A stretch of 64,000 nucleotides of DNA from Spirulina sp. (GCA_044070495.1 JBIPSI010000013.1:64001-128000), one strand, 5' to 3'; positions 9,449 through 19,682 are shown, numbered from the stretch's first letter. A program made the numbers and translations. The notes: generated from the sequence alone by a model not told the origin.

Positions 9449-11017
9449 CTAAGATGCTGGACTTGCTACAGTCAAATCATCTGTGACCTCGATGATCGAT
9501 GAGTCAATTTGAGTGGAGCCTATAGGATGCTCATGGGAATCATCAACGTTTACCAGAACAAATTGAACTTTATATAATCCTTTAGGCCAGCTTGGAGTAA
9601 GATCGAAGGTGAGATGCGTTCGCGTTCCGGGATGAACATCGTGGCGTAGAGAGACGGATTTCTCTAGTTGTCCATTGATGAGAATATTTAATCTTGTTTT
9701 TGGGAACGTACTTTTGAGCCAGGTTTCTTGCCCAGCATTATGGAGATAAAATTGACAGGAAACAGGGTTAGAAACCGAGACGTGTTTCGGAATAGATCGA
9801 CTAACAACCTGAACTCTAAAGTCTCCATCAATCAAACTCGTGTTTAATTCTGCTGGGAGTTTTGGAAGAAGTTTTTTATTCCTCAGGTCTTGCATGTGGC
9901 TGTGAATATCAATCAAGCTATTAGGAATATTTATGCCATAGGGACAGTGGCAGGTCTGCTCTTCGCACGTACGACAAACGGCTGAATCTTGAGGATGGAG
10001 GTGAAAATACCGACATTCATCGATGGTTTCAAAGGTTTCTGAAGGGTAGTGGTTTATGTAAGCGTCACGAAATAGCCAAGATACGGGCAGAGATTGACTA
10101 CATAATGTATCGCAGTAACCGCAGCGACTACATAGGGAAGTCTGCATTTCCTGAACGCTGGTTTGCACAACCAGGTTGCTCTCTAAGGGGTCGCTTGAAG
10201 TTTCATAACCAGCCAAGGCGTTCTCTTCTGCTTCAGTGATGGAGGCTGTCCCTGGTACAACCCCACAAACTCCAGGTTGGTTGAGGATAAATCGTAAGAC
10301 TTGACTAGCGCTTAGGGGCGTAGACTCCGTTGAGAATCGATGCCTGGAAGGAAAGGCTTTGCCTGGAACTAGCAAGCCTCCGGCCAAGGGCTTCATGATT
10401 AAGAGACTAATCTGATGTTGTTGCGCTAGGGGAAAGATATCACGGCGAGTTTCAGGGATATTTTCAAAGGCTTTGCTGCTGTCAGGATGGTAGGACAGCA
10501 GGTGAAAGCCAAGGGGATTGTAGGCCAACATTAGTGCATCAAAAACACCTGATTTTATTAATTTCTTCAGGTAGTCTGGATTGCCATGGGTCGTACAAAA
10601 GATACTACCTAGTCTTCCCTCTTCTTTCTTAGTAATCAGAAAATCGATAATGCCGTCAGGCTCCCACACGGGTTCTTGAAGATACTCACGGTCATCAATA
10701 CAGGCAATGCCAAACACCTCAAGTCGATCTTTCTTGAATTTTCGACAGGTTTCCTCAAATAAGTACTCAAAATGAGGGCGATCCCCATAGCCCTGGGTAA
10801 ATACTAGAACCGATTTCTGAGCTTCAGCAATGGCTTGGGCAACTAGGTCGTCAGTCCCTTCATAATCTGGGGCGGTATGAACCCAATTAACTCCTAACTC
10901 AAAGCCTCGCTTGAGGGTGTCGATGGCCTGCTGTTCTGGTACTAAACGTAGCTGACAGGTGCCAAAACCAACGGTGCTGATCCAAAGATCTGTTTTTCCA
11001 AGGCGACGATACCGCAT
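9449..11017 (-). CDS. Aldo/keto-reductase-fold protein with two Fe-S Cys clusters and C-terminal Ig-like domain
   Basis: MRYRRLGKTDL..VGFGT, IMKPLAGGLL, CSRCGYCDTLC, CRTCEEQTCHCPYGINIP. Confidence 0.88.
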   Translation of the reverse strand: MRYRRLGKTDLWISTVGFGTCQLRLVPEQQAIDTLKRGFELGVNWVHTAPDYEGTDDLVAQAIAEAQKSVLVFTQGYGDRPHFEYLFEETCRKFKKDRLEVFGIACIDDREYLQEPVWEPDGIIDFLITKKEEGRLGSIFCTTHGNPDYLKKLIKSGVFDALMLAYNPLGFHLLSYHPDSSKAFENIPETRRDIFPLAQQHQISLLIMKPLAGGLLVPGKAFPSRHRFSTESTPLSASQVLRFILNQPGVCGVVPGTASITEAEENALAGYETSSDPLESNLVVQTSVQEMQTSLCSRCGYCDTLCSQSLPVSWLFRDAYINHYPSETFETIDECRYFHLHPQDSAVCRTCEEQTCHCPYGINIPNSLIDIHSHMQDLRNKKLLPKLPAELNTSLIDGDFRVQVVSRSIPKHVSVSNPVSCQFYLHNAGQETWLKSTFPKTRLNILINGQLEKSVSLRHDVHPGTRTHLTFDLTPSWPKGLYKVQFVLVNVDDSHEHPIGSTQIDSSIIEVTDDLTVASPAS

Positions 11018-11290
11018 GGCAGGAATCCCATCGACGCTGCTATCAATACCCTAGACACTTTGCTAGGTAAGTGCTAAAGCCCTTGATCTCTCATTGACTA
11101 GATCAGGGCTAAATATGCCTGAGATTTGGATTTTACTGTTGTTCCTCAAAAAACTGACTGAGGTGTTGTTTTCTGTAACATTGCTGAGCAGAACTTAACA
11201 GCTTTACATGGCAATTGTCCATGCCACTCCGTCGGTGGGACGAATTAGAGCCTGTGATCCAAGGTGTATAGCCGATTAGTGTGATTAATT

Positions 11291-11439
11291 TATAGCGGTT
11301 CTCGATAGCATGAGATACACCACTGCTGAGTTCTAGATCCCCCCAGTGCCTAGTAGTCTAAGTTCACGCTATCCCCCCCTTTTTAAGGGGGGCAGGGGGG
11401 ATCATCGCCATGTACTTGACCCGTGTGAAATCCGCTATA
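11291..11439. mobile_element. TA-ended MITE (IS630-like ends) containing a CCCCCCTTTTTAAGGGGGG palindrome
   Basis: Ends TATAGCGG / CCGCTATA; closely similar copy at 39155-39302. Confidence 0.8.
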
Positions 11440-11526
11440 GTGCGATTAATACTAATGAGATTCATCTAAACGGTATTTCCCCGAAGGGGTGAAGGGCCGT
11501 AATCGGGATAGAATCTGGGCCTTGAC

Positions 11527-12345
11527 CTAGAGGAGTTGGTGGGCCAAGATCACCGCCCAGATGAGCACCAACACCTCTGTCCACTCTACGGTGGCTCCAT
11601 AGGTATCCCCCGTATGACCACCCAGGCGACGATTCAGATCAAACCCTACCAGCATGGCTAGAACTAGTCCCCCAGCCCAAACCCCCAGCGCCAAGAAGCC
11701 CTGATCGGGGTCGATCCCGATCCATAGGCCCAGGGCTAATACAGTCGCTCCTAGGCCGCTCATCACCGCTGGGAGTGGTTGCAAATGGGGTTTGTGGAAG
11801 GCTCCCTTGCCTGCGGCTTTGAGGTAGGAATAGCGAAGGATAGCCACCACCTGCCCCCACCGTCCCCAGAGGGCCGCTAGGATGATGCTTCCCGGTCGCC
11901 CTCCGACTAAATCGGCTAGGGCTAGGGTTTTGAGCCCCAAAATGGCAATGGCTGCCATGACTCCAAAGGCTCCGCTGTGGCTGTCGGCCATCACCGCTAG
12001 CCGCCGGTTGGGATCTTGTACGGCTAGCCCATCGGCGGTATCCATGGCCCCATCCAGGTGCAGCCCGCCCGTCAGCCACAGCCACAGCCCCACCACCAGA
12101 GCACTACACAGCAGGGTTGACAGTCCGAGGCGTTGCAAGGCCCAGTCTACTCCGGCGAGACCTAGGCCCAGCCCCAGGCCAATCCACGGTGCTAGGGCGG
12201 CAATGCCTTCAAACTGGGGCTTCCACCACCGAGGCAGGGGCAGAATCGTATAGAAAATAATGGCCCCTCCCAACTGTGCCCATCCACGGGCTAGGGCGGC
12301 CAAGACTGAGCGGTGACGGGACTTCAAGGACAGCGCTCCTACCAA
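11527..12345 (-). CDS. cobS: Adenosylcobinamide-GDP ribazoletransferase (cobalamin synthase)
   Basis: TGGLHLDGAMDTADG, MADSHSGAFG, GGHTGDTYGA; multi-TM. Confidence 0.95.
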   Translation of the reverse strand: MVGALSLKSRHRSVLAALARGWAQLGGAIIFYTILPLPRWWKPQFEGIAALAPWIGLGLGLGLAGVDWALQRLGLSTLLCSALVVGLWLWLTGGLHLDGAMDTADGLAVQDPNRRLAVMADSHSGAFGVMAAIAILGLKTLALADLVGGRPGSIILAALWGRWGQVVAILRYSYLKAAGKGAFHKPHLQPLPAVMSGLGATVLALGLWIGIDPDQGFLALGVWAGGLVLAMLVGFDLNRRLGGHTGDTYGATVEWTEVLVLIWAVILAHQLL

Positions 12346-12573
12346 AGTGGGCTTACGGCTACAGGCCTATGGTGCGTTAGATCGGCCTAGGGTTAGCGCT
12401 ATCCGTGGCCCCCGATCCTGATGAATCGGGATGCAGGGGATGAGGTGGGGCCAGCCCTAGTTGCGATCCGATGATCCCCTAACCGATTCCCTTCGGAGAA
12501 CTCCGGTTTATGGGGGGCTGCTTTATGGATGAGACGCCCTATATGGGAAGCCTGTATGGGACTCTAATTTGTG

Positions 12574-12609
12574 CAACTCTGCCGCCTAAATCAACTCTGC
12601 CGCCTAAAT
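12574..12609. repeat. Perfect 18-bp tandem duplication
   Basis: CAACTCTGCCGCCTAAAT x2. Confidence 0.9.
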
Positions 12610-12848
12610 GACGACGCCGGAAAATTCCTAGGTATAACAAAATATTTCAGCACAATTACGTAGATACCGATGGCCTGCCAAAATTCCCTCTGGAGGCGGC
12701 TTTTGCCCTAATAAACCCACCCTTGGCCCCAGGAAACGCTAGAAAGGGCAGATCATTCCCAGAGATATCGAGTATCGTGGATGTAGAGCGGCGGGGGCAA
12801 AGCTTGCTCAACCTGCTCCACGGATTGCCGTAGCGTGGTTAAAAATCT

Positions 12849-13304
12849 ATGAGTCACGAGCGTGTTAGAGACCTAGGCACCCTCGCACCCTGCTTGGTAG
12901 ACACGGGCATGGTGGTTAATAAGGCCGATATGCTTAGGTTGCTCCAAGATCTCGGCCAGGTAAGCTACAGCCATCTTGAGGATGATCGGATTCTGTCCGC
13001 CGATCAAGGGTTGATCATGGAAGTTTTTGCCGATCCTCAGCAGGCCACCCTCGTTGCTAACCATACGCTTTATATCAACGTTCACAGTTTCGATTACCTC
13101 GAAATGGGGAAAAGTGACGGTGAACAAAGCCACTTCGACCTCGTTCAAGACAACCGACGGCTGCGATTGGTTCCCCTATCTGACCCCATGAAGGAGCACA
13201 TCACTCGCTCCGTCAACACTGCCGCCCTGGAGGCCATGGTGGCAGATGCCCTGTCGGCCAGTTGGGATGCCTGTCTGGATGACGACCGTAATTTCCTCGA
13301 CTAG
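12849..13304 (+). CDS. Conserved cyanobacterial hypothetical protein
   Basis: 151 aa ORF with normal composition and an acidic C-terminus (WDACLDDD). Confidence 0.8.
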   Translation: MSHERVRDLGTLAPCLVDTGMVVNKADMLRLLQDLGQVSYSHLEDDRILSADQGLIMEVFADPQQATLVANHTLYINVHSFDYLEMGKSDGEQSHFDLVQDNRRLRLVPLSDPMKEHITRSVNTAALEAMVADALSASWDACLDDDRNFLD

Positions 13305-13611
13305 CGGGGGCTGCGCTGGGCCGTGGCGGTAATGCGGTTAGATTGTACCGGAGGTTTCAAAAAACGGATCACTTTTTTGCGGCTATTTTGCAGAATTTAG
13401 TTTGCAGAATTGATTCGCCCTAGGGATCAAGACGCCACAAAAAATTCCCTAGGTATCCCCAGGGGTGGTGATATGCCAAAACTGGCCATACCCAATCCGA
13501 GGCCAAACACCCTGAGGCCCAACCCGAAAAACCTTAGGGATGAGGTCTTCTCGCCCACACTATCGAGGATAACGGGGGTAAGCAAGCCGGACTTAGCATC
13601 ATCTCCTAGGG

Positions 13612-15279
13612 CTAGTCGGAGTTGATAAGCGCTTCGACGGTAGGGGGCAGGGTTCTGACCTGGTGTCGGCGGAAGGGATCGGCACTCACGGCTTCGACGT
13701 AGCTGGCTTGGAGGAAGGGGGCATAGGCTTGGTTGCCAGCACCGTAGACCTGGGTAAACGCCACAATCAAGGATCGGTTGACCCCTCGCGTCATGCCGAG
13801 GGCTTCATCAATGCCCTGCTCTAGATTTTGGTCGAAGTCGAGGAGTTGGCTGAGGGATCGGGTAAATTCGGGGCCGTGGGAGGTGTTATCCGCCAGGTAG
13901 AGGTAGCGGTCGGGGGTGGTGAGCCAGCCAAAGGCCGCGACCTGCTGGGGTACCACGGGGGCTACCACGTCTAGGGCACCGCCGGAAATCACCACGGGGC
14001 GCTGAATGGCGGCCATCCCCTGGGGGCCAAACAAATTAGAGACGGTGGCGAAGGCCATCACCAGGGCCACTCGGTCATCCTGAACGCCCGTTTCGCCAAG
14101 TTGTTGGATCACATCGGGCTGCGACCGTAGCTCTAGGGCACGACATTCCAACAGCAGGGCCGCATCGGCCAGGAGATTGGCCTCGAGATCGCAGCGCTGG
14201 GCCAAGCGCTCGAAGTCGATGGTGGCTCCGGCCAGGGCGAGGGCCGTGTAGCCACCGAAGGAGTGGCCTGCGACCACCACGCGATCCAAGGCAAGGCGAC
14301 CGCCAAAGTCGGAGGCATTGCGGCGGCTGAGTTCATCTAGCAAAAACCGAATATCCAGGGGCCGATCTAGAAATTCCTGGGGACTAAAGCTTTCTCGCAC
14401 CAGCCCGCTCAGCATGGCCTGCTGCTGGGCATAGTTGCTGCCAATGTGTTCCGGTAAGGCCACCACAAAACCATGGGAGGCCGCGTGGGTGGCGATATCG
14501 AGAAAGCTTTGGGGCCGATCCCCCAGCCCGTGGGAAAGCACCAGCACGGGGATGGGGCCGGGAAGATTGGCGAGATCCTGGGGCACGACCACTTCCACGG
14601 GGTAGGTGCGATTGCGGGAGGGATCGGTGAGGCTTAGGGAAAGCTGACGACTACCGTGGGGGCCGGGTTGGATGATGTCGGGCAGGCGGCTGAGGTCGAT
14701 GGGCTGCTGGGCGGCCTCCTGCCGCGCCTGGGATCGCACCGCCTCCACCACCACCTGGGTAGTTTCGGCTTCGTCGAGGGTTTGCTGGGCATTCCGCAGC
14801 AGTTGGGCCAAGTCTAGGCGCAGGGTGCCGGTGGGAAAGTGGCGGATTACGTCTAGGAAGGAGAGGGTGCCATCCTCGGCGGCGGCGGCAATCAGGGCGG
14901 ATCGGAGGGCCTGCTGGCCGTTCAACCGAGCATCCGTGCGAACCACCTTGCCCAAAAACAGCAGGGATCGTTCCCCCATGGGATCGTGGAACCACTGACT
15001 GAGGGGAATCAGATCCACCTCTCGGCTAGCGTTGAGACCCGCCCGAAACCCCTCTTTCTGGTCGGCACTGAGGCGACGCAACAGCGGAGCTAATTCAGAA
15101 TTGGCCTCATTGCCCTCGGCAAACTCCACCAGGGCCGATACGGGCACCGAACGACTAAAGGGGCCGAACTCCAAAACGACGGTTTCCGCCGCCTGGATGG
15201 CAGCCTGTCCCCCTAGCCCCACGCCCACCGTTGCTGCCAGCGTTCCCAAAACAGACTTGCCCAGCCGCCCTATGCCCAT
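13612..15279 (-). CDS. Secreted alpha/beta hydrolase with N-terminal DUF1400-like domain
   Basis: Signal peptide, VLSHGLG, GHSFGG nucleophile elbow. Confidence 0.9.
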   Translation of the reverse strand: MGIGRLGKSVLGTLAATVGVGLGGQAAIQAAETVVLEFGPFSRSVPVSALVEFAEGNEANSELAPLLRRLSADQKEGFRAGLNASREVDLIPLSQWFHDPMGERSLLFLGKVVRTDARLNGQQALRSALIAAAAEDGTLSFLDVIRHFPTGTLRLDLAQLLRNAQQTLDEAETTQVVVEAVRSQARQEAAQQPIDLSRLPDIIQPGPHGSRQLSLSLTDPSRNRTYPVEVVVPQDLANLPGPIPVLVLSHGLGDRPQSFLDIATHAASHGFVVALPEHIGSNYAQQQAMLSGLVRESFSPQEFLDRPLDIRFLLDELSRRNASDFGGRLALDRVVVAGHSFGGYTALALAGATIDFERLAQRCDLEANLLADAALLLECRALELRSQPDVIQQLGETGVQDDRVALVMAFATVSNLFGPQGMAAIQRPVVISGGALDVVAPVVPQQVAAFGWLTTPDRYLYLADNTSHGPEFTRSLSQLLDFDQNLEQGIDEALGMTRGVNRSLIVAFTQVYGAGNQAYAPFLQASYVEAVSADPFRRHQVRTLPPTVEALINSD

Positions 15280-15482
15280 GATGTTCCTTGCCCAGGTTGC
15301 ATGAAGTGCTAACTGAGTGTAGTCGGCCTCAGGCTATCCGTAAATGACTCAATCCGCCCGCAGAGGGATGCGATTCCACGCAAAACCTTTATGCATTGCT
15401 CCAAAGGAGAAACGTTCTGCCCCAGTTGGCCCAAACCTTGGCATGATGGGAGGGACTTTATTGCGAAACCGTCGATTGCCCC

Positions 15483-16880
15483 ATGTTGACCTCCCTCTGG
15501 CAGCAGTTAACCCTTTCCACCTTTGCCTTCGACCAGTGGCGACAGGTGAGCCTCATCCATCGTTTACTAGCCCCGCTGCGGCAGTGGCGACAGGGAAGTG
15601 GGCTGCTGCCCTGGGGAGACTGGATTGGGCTGGCCCTGGTGGCGATTATCTATATTCTGGCCCCCTACGTTTCTACGACGTTGATTGGCGTGCTGCTGTT
15701 GGCGGTGGCGGCCTTTTGGGTGTTGCTCACCCTCACCGATGAGGCCGGGGTGGGGATGACGCCCATCCATGTCACGGTTGCGGTGTTTTGGGGGGCGATG
15801 GCCCTAGCTACGGCGCTGTCTCCAGTGCGGGGGGCGGCGGTGAGTGGGTTAATTAAGCTCACCCTCAATATCCTGCTGTTCCTGCTGATTGCCCGGGTCA
15901 GCCGCCAACCCAAGGTCAGAAGCCTCTTAATTTTGTCCTATCTGTTCACCACCCTGCCCGTGGCCATCTACGGGCTGCGGCAGTATTTCTTTGGGGCTAC
16001 GGCCCTAGCCACCTGGGTCGATGCCAATTCCACCCTGGCCAATACCACCAGGGTCTACAGTTTTTTGGGCAACCCCAACCTGCTGGCGGGCTATCTCATT
16101 CCCGCCGTCATGTTTTCGGTGATGGCGGTATTTGCTTGGCCGCGCTGGGTGCCCAAGGGCTTGGCCGCTCTGACGGCGATGATCAACACCCTGTGTCTCA
16201 TCCTTACCCTGAGCCGGGGGGGCTGGATTGGCTTTTTGCTGGGCGGTTTTGTACTTTTGGCCCTGGCGGTGCAGTATTGGAGTCTGTGGTTTACCCCCTT
16301 TTGGAAACGCTGGGCCTTACCCCTGCTGTTGGGTGGTTCGGCGGCCTTTGTGGTGCTGGCAGTGATTTCCGTCGATGCCCTACGGGCGCGGGTGCTGAGC
16401 ATGTTTGTGGGGCGGGCCGACAGCAGCAATAACTTTCGGATGAATGTGTGGGCCGCCGTGCTAGAGATGATTCGCGACCGCCCTATCCTCGGCATTGGCC
16501 CCGGTAATGATGCCTTCAACGCCGTCTACCCCCTCTACCAACGCCCCCGCTACACCGCCCTCAGCGCCTACTCTGTCTTTTTAGAGGTGCTGGTGGAGGG
16601 CGGCATCGTGGCCTTTACCGCCTTTCTGTGGATGCTGTTGGTGGTGTTTCAGCAGGGCTGGGTGCAGCTCCAAAAACTGCGGGAAACCCAGGCTATCCAA
16701 GGCTATTGGCTGATGGGTGCCATCGCCTCCATGGTGGGCATTCTGGGCCAGGGCATCGCGGATACGGTGATGTATCGTCCCCAAATTAGTACGCTCTGGT
16801 GGCTCTCCATTGCCATTGTTGCCAGCTACTACCCCACCCTGCGCCAGGGCAAAGGGCAAGATTTTCGGTTAGATAGCTAA
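15483..16880 (+). CDS. ictB: IctB family membrane protein (O-antigen-ligase-like)
   Basis: RVYSFLGNPNLLAGY, DSSNNFRMNVW, GIGPGNDAFNAVYPLYQ. Confidence 0.93.
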   Translation: MLTSLWQQLTLSTFAFDQWRQVSLIHRLLAPLRQWRQGSGLLPWGDWIGLALVAIIYILAPYVSTTLIGVLLLAVAAFWVLLTLTDEAGVGMTPIHVTVAVFWGAMALATALSPVRGAAVSGLIKLTLNILLFLLIARVSRQPKVRSLLILSYLFTTLPVAIYGLRQYFFGATALATWVDANSTLANTTRVYSFLGNPNLLAGYLIPAVMFSVMAVFAWPRWVPKGLAALTAMINTLCLILTLSRGGWIGFLLGGFVLLALAVQYWSLWFTPFWKRWALPLLLGGSAAFVVLAVISVDALRARVLSMFVGRADSSNNFRMNVWAAVLEMIRDRPILGIGPGNDAFNAVYPLYQRPRYTALSAYSVFLEVLVEGGIVAFTAFLWMLLVVFQQGWVQLQKLRETQAIQGYWLMGAIASMVGILGQGIADTVMYRPQISTLWWLSIAIVASYYPTLRQGKGQDFRLDS

Positions 16881-16925
16881 CCTCAGGAGAGCCAAAGGTT
16901 GTGTCGCCCTGATCGTACCGCTGAC

Positions 16926-18266
16926 CTAGGGCGCAACATTGCGGCGGGGATCGCCGTAGCGATAGTCCTCAGTTTGCATTCTGACCTTGGTGGTCATGGT
17001 GGCGGGGACGGTAGCGGTGCCCCAGTGGGCCTGAATGGCCTGCACCAACTGATCCTGCTGCACCCGCAGATCGGGGATAGCCCAGCCTCGGTTGATGATG
17101 GCAAACCACACCGGGCCTTTGTCGGCGGTGGGCACCATGCCAGCCAGGGCGCTGACTTCGGCTAGGGTACCTGTTTTGACGGCGGCGGTGGCGGGCAGGC
17201 GACGGTCAATTAGGGTACCCACATCTTCCCCGGCCACGGGCAACACATCGGCCACGGAATAGCCTTGGCGTTCCATTTCACTCTGGAGGGCTAGGGTCAT
17301 GGCTACGGCGGCGCGGGCCGACATTTTGTTGTCTACGCCCAAACCCGACCCATTGATCAAGCTCAATTCTCCCGGCGGCAGATCGGCCATCACCGAGGCG
17401 GTTTCCGTCACCACCCTAGCCCCCCCCACCAGGGTCGCCATCTGTTCCGACATGACGTTGTTGCTATAGATATTCATGGCCTTGAGGATAGCCACCAGGG
17501 GCAGGGATTGGTGGCGCACCAGCCAGGTGGTGTCGGCAGGTAGGGCGGTGGTAGGGATACGGCGGACGGTGCCCTCGATGGCGAGGCTGGGCTGGGCGGT
17601 ATTGGCCTCTAGGTTGCGGTAGGCGGATCGAATGTCGTTATTCCAGGTGTCGGTGTGCATCACCCGCTTCAGGTTTTCCGCCGACCCATTGGGATCCTCG
17701 GCAAAGTTCATGGTGAACCCATCGACAATCACCAAATCCCCCGTCACCCGCTGCACCCCTAGGGCCTGAAGGTGATTGGCCAGGACGATCCCCTCCTCCC
17801 ACACAAACAGCGGGTCGCCGCCCCCCTGCACGATCAAGTCTCCTTGCAGCACACCGTTTTCTAGGCGACCCTGCATTCCCACCAGGGTATCGAAGCGGTG
17901 ATCCAAGGGCCAATTCTTCAGGGCCGCTAGGGTGGTAGCCAACTTGGTCAAGGAAGCCGCTGACATGGGCACCTGGCCCTGGTGCTGGGTCACAGCACTG
18001 CCCCCCGCATGGATCCAAATCCCCTGATCTGGAATCGACCAACCCTGGCGCTCCAGCCCAGCTAGATATTGGGCCAAAATTTGATCCACAGCGGCATCGG
18101 GGGCCAGCCCCACCACCCAGGGGGATTGCCACTCCGCCACTAGGGCTTGGCCCTGCAACCCCGTCGTTTGCAGCGGTTTAGATTCTCCCATGTTGAGCAG
18201 CACCGACAGCACCCCAAGGGGAGCCGCCATCAGGGAAACAACAGGAAAAAGGAGACTTAGACGCAC
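16926..18266 (-). CDS. dacB: D-alanyl-D-alanine carboxypeptidase/endopeptidase (PBP4, S13)
   Basis: ASLTK (SxxK), SNN (SxN), KTGTL, NGSGL. Confidence 0.9.
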   Translation of the reverse strand: MRLSLLFPVVSLMAAPLGVLSVLLNMGESKPLQTTGLQGQALVAEWQSPWVVGLAPDAAVDQILAQYLAGLERQGWSIPDQGIWIHAGGSAVTQHQGQVPMSAASLTKLATTLAALKNWPLDHRFDTLVGMQGRLENGVLQGDLIVQGGGDPLFVWEEGIVLANHLQALGVQRVTGDLVIVDGFTMNFAEDPNGSAENLKRVMHTDTWNNDIRSAYRNLEANTAQPSLAIEGTVRRIPTTALPADTTWLVRHQSLPLVAILKAMNIYSNNVMSEQMATLVGGARVVTETASVMADLPPGELSLINGSGLGVDNKMSARAAVAMTLALQSEMERQGYSVADVLPVAGEDVGTLIDRRLPATAAVKTGTLAEVSALAGMVPTADKGPVWFAIINRGWAIPDLRVQQDQLVQAIQAHWGTATVPATMTTKVRMQTEDYRYGDPRRNVAP

Positions 18267-18599
18267 AACAACCCGTCCTTAAGATCACCATATTAAATGA
18301 ACGCATCCCCCGGCCATGGGGTCTTTAGCCAATGCCCTCAGGCTATCAGGGCTTAAGCATAGCAGGGCTTTAGGTCTTTGCGGAGAGGGTTGTACCGCCG
18401 CCCCCTGGTCTCCATTCGTCACCCCGTTGTGATGGGCTTCCCAAATTCAAGGCCCGACTTCATGGTAAAGGGGGTCATTTTTTTAATTTTCGAGATCGGT
18501 ATGTACACTGGAAATGAAAGTGTCCGCCAACTTGGTAGAGTAAAGCCATTCTGCTGAGCCAAACGTACGACCGACCCTGGGGATCTCGGAGTGTTGCCG

Positions 18600-19208
18600 A
18601 TGAGTGATCAAAATTCCTACGAACTACTAGGGCTAACCGAAGCGTCTACCTTCGAGGAGATTCAGGCGGCTAGAGATCGCCTGATTGAAGCCTGTGGCGA
18701 TGAACCGCAGCAAAAGGCCAATATCGAAGCGGCCTACGATGCCATCCTCATGGAACGGCTGCGGCTGCGCCAGGAGGGCAAAATTAAGGTGCCCGACCGC
18801 ATCCGGTTTGCGGAAAATACCCCAGAACCCGCTCCAGCGACCAAGGCTCCCCCCTCTATCCCCCGACCCGATTGGCTTTCTGGCCTGGTGGATACTCCCA
18901 GCCGCGACGATATTCTCTGGCCTGCCATTACCTTTGCGGGGTTGGCCCTGCTGGGGTTTGCGGCCCCGTCGTTGTCGTTGGCGGTGGCCTTGGGGGCGGC
19001 AGTCTATTTCCTCAACCGCAAGGAAAATAAATTCTGGCGCTCGCTTCTGCTGACCATTGCAGGTTTAGCGGCGGGTCTAGCCCTAGGGCTAACGGTGGGC
19101 CAGTTGCTGATTCCCCAAGGGGCACAGTTTGCCTGGGCTACCCCCGATGCCCTGGCCGCCGCCATCACCTGTCTGGCGCTGTGGGTGGTGAGTAGCTTCC
19201 TGCGCTAG
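18600..19208 (+). CDS. CPP1-like (DUF3353) J-like membrane protein
   Basis: YELLGLTEASTFEEIQ..IEAAYDAILMERLRLRQEGKIKVPDRIRF; C-terminal TMs. Confidence 0.9.
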   Translation: MSDQNSYELLGLTEASTFEEIQAARDRLIEACGDEPQQKANIEAAYDAILMERLRLRQEGKIKVPDRIRFAENTPEPAPATKAPPSIPRPDWLSGLVDTPSRDDILWPAITFAGLALLGFAAPSLSLAVALGAAVYFLNRKENKFWRSLLLTIAGLAAGLALGLTVGQLLIPQGAQFAWATPDALAAAITCLALWVVSSFLR

Positions 19209-19251
19209 GCGGATCGGCTGAACTGTGGGGCGGCCAATAGCTTGATTTCTG

Positions 19252-19336
19252 GTAGGTTGGGTGGCGCGATAGCAGAACCCAACAAGCCTAAAATCCTTGG
19301 CGAGTGTTGGGTTCCGCTTCGCTGCACCCAACCTAC
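19252..19336. repeat. Inverted REP doublet (REPIN-like)
   Basis: GTAGGTTGGGTG..GAACCCAACA / TGTTGGGTTC..CACCCAACCTAC; related half near 29926-29958. Confidence 0.8.
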
Positions 19337-19389
19337 TTTAGAGATGCGTCAGGCAATCAGGTCACACCCTTTAAAACCGACGTTCTACA

Positions 19390-19426
19390 AAAATACCCTA
19401 GGAATTCTAAACCCTGGGGTATTTTT
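19390..19426 (+). terminator. Intrinsic terminator, possibly bidirectional
   Basis: AAAATACCCTAGG..CCTGGGGTATTTTT. Confidence 0.6.
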
Positions 19427-19504
19427 ATGGGGTGAATGGATGGAACCAATGTGACTAATGATAACCCTGAGACCTGAATCCCTTCAATCGGTGGTAGGAT
19501 GAGT

Positions 19505-19682
19505 AGCACTGTCGGTTCTGGTGGGGATCAGCCACTAGAGGAAACGGGGAAAGAGCAGTGAAAATCTGCCGCTGTCCCGCAGCTGTAAGCTAGGTTTGAA
19601 CTCCTTAAGAATTCAGCCTCAGTAAGTCAGAATGCCCGCCGATAGATGTTCTCTACATAATCCATCTGCGAGGTACGGATGC
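19505..19682 (+). ncRNA. Cobalamin riboswitch
   Basis: CGGTTC..AACGGGGAAA..GTGAAAATC..CGCTGTCCCGCAGCTGTAA..AAGTCAGAATGCCCGCC (B12 box), then CATCTGCGAGGTACGGATG hairpin; upstream of btuB-like operon. Confidence 0.93.

Noticed and set aside
11115..11198. 27-aa ORF as a RiPP precursor for the radical SAM enzyme
   Set aside because: No RBS, no leader/core pattern and no recognisable RRE domain; likely spurious
12632..12645. NtcA-like site GTA-N8-TAT upstream of 12849
   Set aside because: Imperfect half-site with no correctly spaced -10 element
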